64,000 nt of DNA from Chiloscyllium plagiosum (lineage: Eukaryota): assembly GCF_004010195.1 (NCBI RefSeq), contig NC_057750.1, positions 12,605,899 through 12,669,898 of the forward strand, read 5' to 3'. Positions 12,916-24,100 of the stretch are shown here, piece by piece. The notes under the pieces are model-generated. The model ran no database searches. It was not told the DNA's origin and saw nothing but the letters and a program-made list of their open reading frames with translations. The translations under genes were made by a program, and so were the position numbers. Position 1 is the stretch's first letter; each line of letters starts with the position of its first letter.

Positions 12916-13535
12916 GAGCTGAAAATGTGTTGCTGGAAAAGCGCAGCAGGTCAGGCAGCATCCAAGGAGCAGGAGAATCGATGTTTCGGGCATGAACCCT
13001 TCTTCAGGAATGAGGAGAGTGTGCCAAGCAGGCTAAGATAAAAGGTAGGGAGGAGGGATTTGGGGGAGGGGCGTTGGAAATGCGATAGGTGGAAGGAGGT
13101 TAAGGTGAGGGTGATAGGCCAGAGTGGGGGTGGGGGCGGAGAGGTCAGGAAGAAGATTGCAGGTTAGGAAGGTGGTGCTGAGTTCGAGGGTTGGGATTGA
13201 GATAATGTGGGGGGAGGGGAAATGAGGAAACTGGCGAAATCTGAATTCATCCCTTGTGGTTGGAGGGTTCCTAGGCGGAAGATGAGGCGCTCTTCCTCCA
13301 GCCATCGTGTTGCTATGGTCTGGAGTGAAGGTGCCGGGAGTGGAGGTTGGGTTGGTAGGGGGTGTGGATCTGACGAGGGAGTCGCGGAGGGAGTGGTCTT
13401 TGTGATAATGGTTTCAGTTTTGGCTGACTCAGCATCATTAGTGGTACCAATGGGTTTTGCAGTTGAAATCTTCAAATCTTCTGGGTTTGGAAGGAGAAGA
13501 ACAATCTGTTGAACAGTCAGGTCAGGTCAGGCTGC
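12916..13535 (-). mobile_element. Penelope-like element 3' fragment
   Basis: GIY-YIG C-terminal LEEERLIFRLGTLQPQGMN, pyrimidine-rich UTR and terminal repeat. The 13325-13535 part is less certain. Confidence 0.8.
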
Positions 13536-13545
13536 ATATGAAGAA

Positions 13546-14083
13546 TGTTATGGGCCAGGCCAGACTCTCTCAAGACATTTCAAGAAAGTAGCCTAGACCA
13601 TAACTTTGCTAGTTGCTTTAAGCAAGTATAATGCAGATGTTCCAGGGGCAATGCAGCTGGCCCAACCACTTAACCTATCCAAGAACGCAACAGATTACCC
13701 TAGCGTAATGGTGCTGTTCCAAATACTTGCAACAATCCCGATAACCACCCCTTAGCACCAAAGGTAAAATCAAACACAGGGTCTTACAGGAGAGATGTGA
13801 GAGAGGGCGGATCAGCATGGACCTGCTTCTTTGGGTCCAGCAGCTTCACAATGACTGCTTGCGAAAACCAAAGCAAACCAGAGAAAATCTGAACTGGGAG
13901 AACTGGCCACTCCCCTTTTGTTGTACAATTTGAAGGCCTGTTGCCTGAGGCAAAATCTGTTAGGTGTAATCAAACTGGCCCTAAAACCCTTCAACTTAGA
14001 CTTTGGAAGTCTGTGACTTTTATGACCTCTCTGAAAAAAAACCAAGGACGACATAACATTGTTAAAGGAGCAGTATTGTCACA
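13546..14083 (-). mobile_element. Solo LTR (family shared with 14143, 19833 and 60319)
   Basis: TGTTATG...GTCACA termini and internal similarity to the other copies; no clear TSD. Confidence 0.6.
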
Positions 14084-14142
14084 AATATTATTCACCTATT
14101 AGCTGTTCATGTGCAGCTGCATATATGTCTGGACCTTTGCTT

Positions 14143-15109
14143 TGTTATACCAGACCAAAACACTTTCAAATATATCAAGGAGATAACTTAGACCCTAACT
14201 TTTATTTTACCATATATTCTCAAGTAATAGTCAATTTTTTTGACTATTTTTAAGATTAAATTTTTGGGGTTGACTATTACATGGATACTACTTTTGAGGG
14301 GCTTAAGTTCCTGCCCGTCAAAATTCATGACAAAAGCAGAAGCCCAACTGATTTCTAAACGGATAAAGAAAACAGAACAAATTATGGTAATTCTGAAGGC
14401 CTGGAGTGGAGCGCGATGACCAACTCACTGATTCATAAATGTTGGTCTGTTATCTGTGAAAAACTAGGGTCAACTTTTACATGAGATGTTTGGAAAGTTC
14501 CAGATTTTGTGGCCAAATATGGGAGGTCGACTTTTACATGAGATTGTCTATTACTGGCGTGTTTAAAGGCAAATGTAAGCTGCTGTTTTCTGGATTTTAT
14601 TTGATTTGTTACACTGCTTGTCTTTAAGCAAAACACACTTTATTCTTACCATGCAGTTAAAATACAAAAGAAAGAAAAAAGAATTGATATAACTTTAATT
14701 CCCTTGGAAAAATTAACAAAGTAATTACTAAGCAGCAACTGTTCCAATATAGTAACATCCCATAAACACATCCTTGTCAAAGACAAAGTCAGTAAAACAG
14801 ATTGGTCCATATGTGATTCTGGCAGTAGCGAGAGAACCCAAGCTTTTAGCTGTAGCTGAGACAGTTGTATGGCTACTTCCACAATCGATTTCAAAATCCC
14901 AACGATCCCTGAAAGCTAAGTTAAAACTCTGGTTCTATGGGAGTCTGACTCTACGGGATTCTGACTCTACCCATTTTTCTACTGTTCTAACTTTAAAAAA
15001 AACCAAGGCCCTGTTTACTTTATTGGCTTGGAAAAGACAGCTCAGTATAGCCAAAACCTCTCCAAAGAAAAGGACAAAATGCACCTCCTAAAGCCATAGT
15101 ATCGTCACA
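14143..15109 (-). mobile_element. Solo LTR with 4-bp TSD, containing a MITE
   Basis: TG...CA termini flanked by GCTT at 14139-14142 and 15110-15113. Confidence 0.8.
14198..14560. mobile_element. Tc1/mariner-pogo-type non-autonomous DNA element inside the LTR
   Basis: Starts taccatatattctcaagtaatagtcaa (TACCGTATATACTCGAG-type TIR). Subterminal ggtcRacttttacatgagat is repeated at ~14468 and ~14525. The segment is absent from sister LTR copies. Confidence 0.55.
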
Positions 15110-15567
15110 GCTTTGATACATGGTAAGAGCTGATCAAACCTCTTGCCTCAACGGGAATTACTTAAGTGGATCACCGACTTCATAAGATGCATGTTTCTAT
15201 TTCATGCATAATAGTATGAAACCATTTTGCTTACTTTAAGTGGCATTGCATGAAAGAAGACATGCTATGGTGGTCAAAAGCCCACAATAGTTGATAGAAT
15301 CATTTTTCCAAGTCTTTGAATAGTCATTTTGAGAATTGTCTTGACGTTTTGCTTCAGCAGAGAGTGGATACGGTGGTAATTTCAACCCTTCTCCTTTCAC
15401 TCCCCGACATAACAGTGAGCAGGTATGAGGAAGCTCAGCTGATAATACAAGAATGGGCGGCAGGAACTTGAAGTAGTAGATTTAAGGCAAGGGAGCAAAC
15501 ATTAGGAAGATATATCTGATGTAAATATTTTAATGCATTAATGAAGTTTTTTGCTATTTATCTTGAG

Positions 15568-15660
15568 ATGGATTTGCCAGAAGAACTCTCCTTGCAGTGA
15601 TATACCGGCAGATGGGCTAAAAGGTCCAGAATATTTTTTGGTTATTGAGGTGTCTAATAG
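15568..15660 (+). CDS. CATSPERG: CatSper gamma coding exon (93 nt, phase 2-2)
   Basis: Encodes WICQKNSPCSDIPADGLKGPEYFLVIEVSN(R), cf. mammalian [31 protein letters not shown]. Donor tag|gtaaga; the acceptor is a rare GAG. Confidence 0.9.
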
Positions 15661-16938
15661 GTAAGAACATAAGACCTCTCTTAAAAAAAAATTACTCAGA
15701 TTTCATCTAATTGTCGTTTTTAACATAGATCTTAAATACTCCTGTTATAGGGTTGAAATATTTCATAACGAACCAGCAAGCAATACTGCTCAATTTTCTT
15801 TTTCATTGACTTTTATGGAACACAATTCTACCATGTGGAAGGAAACATTAATTCTGTTTTCTTTCCACAGATGCTGCCAGCAATTTCTGTTTTTGTTTCA
15901 GATCCCCAGCATCCACAGTTATTTGTTTTATCCCATTTGTTTCCCTGATTCACATTATTTAAGTCACTGGTCTCTTGAATATATTAGCTGCACATCCAAA
16001 GACAATAATAATTTTCCCATGTTTGATGATTAGAACCACACAGTTTTGAAAATGTTGCTTTGATTCCTGCACTATATTACAGAACATAACTTATTTTGGT
16101 ATGTGATATATTCTATATTGTGTAGTCACTTTCCCCTATATTTCAGCAGAACTTTGTCTTTTTGATACAATTGTGGATTAATCTCTGTGCCAATGTACCA
16201 AACATAAAGTGTTCCTATAATATGTACCCTTGCTCTTGCAATATTTTAAGCTATCTATAGAGAGCCAGTGGCCATTGCCTGATTATCTAAGAAATCCAGA
16301 TTCAAATCCATTCCAATTTTATTTTGTCACAAATTTGTTAATTTTACTGACAGCATTTACAAGTAAATACATGTATTTCTTAAATATTCTCAAGCATGTG
16401 AATTTAACAGAGTCAATTCTAAGGACTCTCACATGTAATCTCTTCCTACAAATTTAGCCCCTAAAATCAATGGTGGTGACAAAGATCTGAATTTCCATGG
16501 AGTCAGAGGGATTTAGGAATTTATGAAAAATGTGCCACTGCCTGCAATTTCTGACCCTATTCCTGAAGCCTGCAACTTTTAATCACATGCGCTATGGACG
16601 TGGGTAGCAACCATGCACTCTGCACTCTAGATCTGTGGGCATCAGTGCAGGAGTATTAATCACCTAGCCACCTGTAATTTTTGTGGAGTTGGGCTAGATT
16701 CTGGTTGACACATGTTTTATGTGTAAACCATAGTCTGGATATGTGAACATGTGAAAGGCGAGTTCAAATGGTCTTACCTATGACCTCTTATTCCAGTTCA
16801 GTGCCAACTCATGCCCCTCACCTGCCCCTGTGTTCCTTATTGCCTCCAATGCAACATGATGCCCATTCATGCCCCTTACTCCCCTATTGGCTCATTATTG
16901 CCTCTATGCCAACGCAATGCTGACTCATGCACCTCTTC

Positions 16939-17159
16939 TGGATTAGTGGTGCTGGAAGAGCACAGCAGTTCAGGCAGCATCCGAGGAGCAGTAAGATCGA
17001 CGTTTCGGGCAAAAGCCCTTCATCAGGAATACTCCTGATGAAGGGCTTTTTCCCAAAACGTCGATTTTACTGCTCCTTGGATGCTGCCTGAACTGCTGTG
17101 CTCTTCCAGCACCACAAATCCAGAATCTGGTTTCCAGCATCTGCAGCCATTGTTTTTAC
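16939..17159. mobile_element. Fold-back PLE mini-element with hammerhead motifs
   Basis: ~90-bp inverted arms centred at ~17030 with a one-sided tail; 15-bp TSD ctcatgcacctcttc at 16924-16938 and 17160-17174. Confidence 0.88.
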
Positions 17160-17637
17160 CTCATGCACCTCTTCACCCACCACATGGCTCCACCCTTACA
17201 ACTCCAATTTCTTCTCAGTGTCAACTCATAACTGCGTCCATCCACACTAAGTCCTTTGTTCAATGTCCCATCTCTGCCAATTCTCCCAGTATGTACTGTG
17301 TACAAACCAATGAACCCCACAGTAACAATAATATTGAACTGCTTAAAAATGCATTTTTAATACAGCTATTGTGATGGCAATTCAGTAAAAGTGCTGATTA
17401 AACTGACCATTAAATTATCAATATGAGATATGTTAAGCACTTGACACTTGTAATTTTGAACAAATATACATTGAGCCATTGATGAAAAACATCATGGAAG
17501 AAATAGCTTATTAAAATCTCATAGTTCATTGCACATGAATAAATAAAGATCCCACAGAATAAATCCTTTTTATGGGTGTCTGGAGTTTGTGAACATGTGC
17601 TCTGTCTGCAAGAAGCAGAACAAATCCAATCTGTGAT

Positions 17638-17865
17638 TGTAACGAGGTCAGCCAGTTAGATTTCATCGAATATGAGTTCCCTGATTGGGACTGTTTACCT
17701 GGTCCAATTAGGGAGCCCTGTTTGACATATAAAAATGGTGAGTGTCAGCAATCCTGACACTCTGGCACCTGACTCTGAATGAGGCAGTACTTAAATCAAG
17801 GACCGTTCATGTTTAAATAAAGGGTGACTTGGTGACAGAATACCAGCCTCTGTGGAGTTATTTCA
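17638..17865 (+). mobile_element. 5' LTR of Mag-type Gypsy
   Basis: TGTAAC...TTTCA with CCAAT (~17704), TATAAAA (~17728) and AATAAA (~17816), followed by PBS-like gtggcaatg. Confidence 0.8.
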
Positions 17866-20800
17866 GTGGCAATGGGAGTAAAGCATAATTTTGAAGAGAC
17901 TCGCTCACAACAATCATCTTTGAGTTGGGATAAGCATTTGTTAGATCATGCCTTTGTTTGGGAAACTTGACTCATTACACCGTACCATCGAGGATTGGGC
18001 CCGGTGTGTGGAAAGAATGCAGTATTTCTTCAATGATATTGTGGCAGATAAAAAACAAGTAATTCTCCAGACAGCCTGTGGAGCTGCAGCTTTTTTGGTA
18101 ATTAGGAATCTGTGTTTCCCTGAAGCATCAAATACTAAAACCTTTCAGGATTTGACCATCATAATAACGGAGTATTACAACCCCAAGCCTCGTGTAATTC
18201 TGAGATGCTATCGCTTTTACTCAGTAATTTGAGAACCAGCAGAATCCATATCAGGATTTTTGACTAAGTTAAGAGAATTGGCAAAAGCCAGTGACTTTCG
18301 TTTAACCCTTAATGAAATACTTAGAGACATCTGGTTTGTGGGATTAATGATTTAACTATGCAAATTTGCCAACAAACTGAAGCCCAATTGGACTTCAAAC
18401 AATTGCCACAACTAGCTTTATTAATGGAAAATGCGACAAGTGAAGCACTTGAGTTGCCGGGTATTCCGATGGAAGTGGAGACCTTTGCCTGTCCAACTGA
18501 GCTTGGGGAACACCACTTGTTTGCAGGAAATTGCAATAGCATCACTCAGGACATATCCTGAACAAAGTGATCTAGTTTGGCCACAGCAAAACCCCAAAAC
18601 AAAGCCAAATTTCATCCAAATGATTAAAATTCCCTTCAAGATCCTGGCTAACAAGTTATTATAGTTTTTGCCATTATGCAGACTCAAGGCAGCTAAAAGG
18701 TCCTACGAGGCTTAAATTGAGTAAGATAATTCATAGGCTAGTATTCAGGAGAGTTCATACCCTGGAAAGTCCACCCACATCTGGTTTGGAACAGTTATAT
18801 TGCTTAGCAACATTACAATCAGAACCAGTCAAGATAAATATCTGGTTAAATGGTCATCTGGTTCGAATTAGGCTGATACCTGCATGGCTGTATCAGAGAT
18901 CTCAGAATCAGATTTTAACAAAATTCACTCTGGACTCCAGCCTTTAAATTTGTGCAAGACCTCAGCTAAGCTGAGAACCTGTACGGAAACCTTTACAAAT
19001 TAAGGGTACAACTTCAGTTCCAGTCTCCAGCTACCAGTGATTGTAGTAAATGGCTTGGGTCCAAAGTTGATGGGACAAAATTGGTTGTAAGAGATTCAGC
19101 TAGATTGTCTCAACATTTTTCAATTAGAAAATGGCTGTCCGAAAGAAGTCCTAATTAAATACCCAAATGTCTTCCAAAAAGATCTACGGACTATCAGAGG
19201 AAACAAGGCTACCTTGTATGTTGACCAGAAAGCAATTTTGCGATTCTGCAAGGCATGCCCTGTGCCATCTGCCTTACATACAAAAGTAGAGGCAGATATC
19301 AGAAGGCTGGAGAGTGAAGGAATCACCAAACCATCCATTTTGTAGAATGGGCAGTAAAATCTTATTGATTTTGAAGCCTGACAAATTGGTTTGACTTTGT
19401 GGGGATTTTAAACAAATAGTAGACTGCTTTTTGCAGCTGGATAAATACCCAATCCCCACAATCGAGGATTTATATACAAATTTGGCATAGAGGGGCTGTT
19501 CTTCATGAACCTGGCCACACTTATTTGCAATTGCATTTTGACCAGGATTCCCATAATGGGGTACTGTTTCTTTTCTCAGCAGATGATAGAGAATATTTTG
19601 GAAAGATGATGTCCTAATAACATGGAAGCTTAATAAAGAACACTTAGAAAACTTAGATGTGGTCCCAAGGTATCTTTCCAAGGCAGATGTACACCCAAGA
19701 AGGGGAAAATGTTTGTTCCAAGCTCCCCAAGTGACTTAATTGGGCTACAAATTTGAGAAATCTGGGTAACAACCATTGGAAGATAAAGTAAGGATGATCA
19801 AAGGTGCCCCGGTTCCCGTGTCTGTCTAGGAGTGTTATGGACTAGACTCATCCCCCTTCAGATATGTGAAGGCAATAAGATGGACCCTAACTTTTATCCT
19901 ATATAAAGTTAAATATAAGGTGATATGTTCCAGGTGAATCATTCCTGATGAAATACTCTGGCCCGAACCATCGATTTTGCTGCTCCTCGGATGCTGCCTG
20001 ACCTGTTGTGCTTTTCCAGCAACACACTCTCAACTTTAAGCAGAACACACTTTATTCTTACCATACAGTTAAATTACAAACAAAAACGTTGTGCTGTAAC
20101 AGAAAGAGAGGGATGCAGTAGCTTTCATAATCAGCTTAAAAACCCTAACAACTATTGAAAGAAGATTAGGTTGTCATATTTGAAGTCAAGAGGTTTCACC
20201 AATTCCTTTACGGAAGAAAGTTTGTGATAATCACGAACCACAATTGTTTAAAGAGAGCAAGACAGTGCCACCTATGACTGGGCCACATCCAGTGGTGGGC
20301 TTTAATAGTAAGAGCTTATAATTATAAGATAGAACATGGTCCAGGAGGCTAAGTAGCGAATGCGGATGCATTGAGCTGCCTCCCACTAACAGATACACCA
20401 CCAGTGGTACCCCCATTGGAACAGTAAGAAATGATATTAAATTTTCTGAACATGTTCCCAGTCACAGCTGACAGTATTAGACTTTGGGGCAGAAAGATCT
20501 GATGATACAATAATGATTGGGGAAACCAAAGCACCGTCACAACTAGAATTGAAACCTTTTTAGACCTGGAAAGATCAGTTCATGGAAGAGGACAGCATAT
20601 TGTTATGGAGCGCAAGAGTGATTGTCCTGAGCAACTATTGCTCCCAAATACTGTCTGAACTCCACCAGGGTCATCCAGGTATCTCCAAAATGAAGATGTT
20701 GGAGAGAGTTTATATCTGGTGGCCAGGCTTGGATGTAGACACAACCGTGTTGGTGGAGCAATATCCAAATTGTCAACAAGGATAAAAATTACTGCCAGCT

Positions 20801-21160
20801 TTCCCGCACATCAGTCTGAATGTCCAAGTAAACCTTGGACTCAGTTGCGCATCGACTATGCAAATCCTTTCATGAGTTCATTGTTCTTAGTCATTATTGA
20901 TGCCAACTCAAAGTGGTTGGAAGTGCATAAGGTCCATCCATCAAACACGGGGACAATGATAGAAAATCTGTGCGCATCTTTTCCAAATGCAGAATCCCAG
21001 AAATGTTGGTCACAGATAATGGGCTATCATTTACCAGCAGGGAATTTGGTTATTTCTGAAAGTTGAATGGGATTTGACATATAAGAACAGCTCCATACCA
21101 CCCATCATCCAATGGCCTAGCAGAAAGAACAGTCCAATCTTTGAAGGCTGGCTTGAAGAA
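17866..21160 (+). mobile_element. Mag-type Gypsy internal region (gag-PR-RT-RH-INT), degenerate
   Basis: gag MPLFGKLDS at 17948, RT ~19250-19800, RNase H ~20170-20330, integrase LLWSARVIV...HQGHPGISKMK and PWTQLRIDYANPF. Confidence 0.88.
19833..20165 (-). mobile_element. Partial solo LTR with nested PLE terminus (19944-20033)
   Basis: Starts tgttatggactagac like the 14143 and 60319 copies; interrupts the Gypsy pol. Confidence 0.65.
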
Positions 21161-21162
21161 TC

Positions 21163-24100
21163 AAAAACTCACTCTGCCTCATAATCTGTTAAGGTATGAG
21201 TGGCAGAGAACTCCCAAATTCCACTATTTAAAGAAAAAATATCAATTTATTTCTTAACTCTAAAAATGAACATTAAGCAACAACTATTTATAGCCTCTTT
21301 TCTCTTAAATGTTTGTTGTCTACCTCGCACTCTGTAACAATATTCTGTTCTAATAAAAACCCATATTAAAATTACATCAACTTAATTTCAAAACCTCACC
21401 ATGGCTGTCATCTCCAATGTCTGTCTTCATCTGACTGTAGATTTCCTTGGGTCATCTTCGGTCTTTTGCTGCAAAGATATTTCATATGATAAAGACACCT
21501 TTGATAGAGAGTGTGTTGTTGGCAGTTACTCTGGTGATGGCAGTTGTTCTCTCTGTCTAACTGTCAAAATGTCTGCTTCTTTATACCTGAAAATGTGTTG
21601 CTGGAAAAGCGCAGCAGGTCAACAGCATCCAAGGAGCAGGAGAATCGACGTTTCGGGCATGAGCCCTTCTTCAGGAGTCCTGAAGAAGGTACAATACACT
21701 CCTTCAACTTCATAACCACCTCCCACCTTAAGAAAAATGAACCATCACAATGAAGAAATAAAGAGGCTTCATTTTTCCCCTAATTCTTAACCCCATGACA
21801 ATGAAATACATAGGACATTTATCTAAGTTGATATTAATTTCTGCGCATACACACACATATAGGTATCTGTTCAATCTTATCTATACTTTAACCATTAAAT
21901 CTGCAATAACTCATCTGCTATCACATTCTTACGACCAGCAACATGTACAGTTTGTAAATTAAAAGTCAGGAACATAAAACTCCAACAAAATAGTCTTTAA
22001 ATACAGTTTGTTTTCCTATCCTGCATCTTTACCAGAGAGTTTACGTGTCTCAACTTTTTCTCAATTTGATAGGGACCACTAAACCTGCTTTTGAAGGTAT
22101 CTCCTACCTCTAGTAACAAGACTGTAAGAGGATTGTGATCCGTGAACACAACTGTCTCTAACAGATTGTTTGTCACATAAACATTAAAATGTTGTAAGGC
22201 CAGTACCAAACTCAATAATTCCTTTTTGATTTTACACTATTTTCTCTGGTGGGTATTGAGTTTCTTTGAAAAGTAACCAATTGGCCATTCAATTCCATCA
22301 TCATCTTCCTGTAGCGGTACAGCTCCAACTCCTTTTTCACTATTGTAACTTTGAAGGGTTTCAAAAAATTTGGTGTCGCTCAAAGTGGTGCAGTGGGTAA
22401 TACTGCTTTTAAATTGTCAAATGCCTCCTGGCATTGTTCAGTCCACCAAAGTTTTGTGTTCTTCTTCAGTAAATCTGTTAGCGATGCCATTACACTGCTA
22501 ACGTTTGAAACAAACTTCCGGTAGAATCCACTTCGTCCCAAAAATCAAAGCACCTCTTTCTTCGAGGTTGGTTGTGGAAATTCCTCAATGGCCTTTGTCT
22601 TTGCATTCCTTGGGGTCGACCTTCCATGACCTATGTTATGTCCCAAGAATGTCACCTCTGCCTTCGCGAATTCTGTTTTCTTTAAGTTTATTAGCAGTTT
22701 TTGCTTCTATTAATCGTTCAAAGATCTCTGCCAACTGTACCATGTGATCTTTCCATGACTTACTAAAGATCACTACATCATCCAGATAAACTGCACAGTT
22801 TGTTAACCCAGCCACAACTCTGTTCATGAGTCTTTGGAATGTGGCTGGTGTGTTCTTCATTCCAAAAGGCATCACTTTGAATTGATATAGCCCATTTGGG
22901 TTTACAAGTTTAGAAACTTCTTTTGCATTGTCTGATAAAGGTACCTGCGAATAACCATTTGTGATGTAACTGGGTTGTGCAACTTTCTCCATACAGTCCT
23001 GCAATCTTGGTTTTGGATATGAGTCCGATTTTGTGATGGCTTTGACCTTCCGATAATCCACACAAAATCGTCGAGTCCTGTCAAGTCTGGGAACTAACAC
23101 GATCGGCGAACTCTGTCGCTCTGACTCGGTTAGATGATATCTTCGTTGAGCATCGCATCCACTTACTTCTGGATCTGTGCGGCTTTGAACATTTTAAGCC
23201 TGTAAAGGGTGTTGTTTTATTGGAATTGCATTCCCTACATCTACCTGCTGCACGATAATATTAGTCCTCCCCATCTTATTCCTGTAGAGGTCCTCATCCT
23301 GCTGCAACACACCTTTCAACTGCATTCTTTGCTCCTGAGACAGGTAGTTCACTAACCTATCCTACTCCTCAAGGACTTACTCATTGTTTAACATATTTTG
23401 AGGCACTTCAAACTCCACGACATCTGGATTTGATTCCTCACTCTGTGGGACAGTAACTAAAACCAGTTTCTCTAGTTTCTTCTCTCTATTATAATAAGGT
23501 TTCAACATACTTACATGACATACCCAATACAGTTTGTTTTCCTATCCTGCATCTTTACCAGAGAGTTTACGTGACTCAACTTTTTCTCAATTTGATAGGG
23601 ACCACTAAACCTGCTTTTGAAGGTATCTCCTACCACTAGTAACAGTACTAATATATCAACCCTCTTTGGAAAGTGTCCAAATTTTAGAGTTTTTACCTGC
23701 TATCTGCATCATTCTATACTGTGTCCTCTTCAGGTGCTGTTTAACTAACTCATCTACCTGCTTTAATCTCTCCCTCACCTCTGATACATAATCCAAGTGT
23801 GAGATCTCTGACTTCGACCTTGTCAATTTCTCTTTAATTAATTTCAAAGGCCCTCTCATTTCATGTCTGAATATTAGCTAAAAGGGAATAAACTGAGTAA
23901 ATTCATTTGGGGCATCTCTAATGACAAACTATACGATTGGGATACCTTTATCTCAATCATTCCGGTAATCCTGACAGTATGCTCTCAGCCATCTTTCTAA
24001 AGCTCCCTGGGATTCAGGATGATACACACTTGACTTAAAGTACTGTATGCCTAAAGCTATCCATGATGTCCTTAAATTACCTAGCAATAAAATTAGACCC

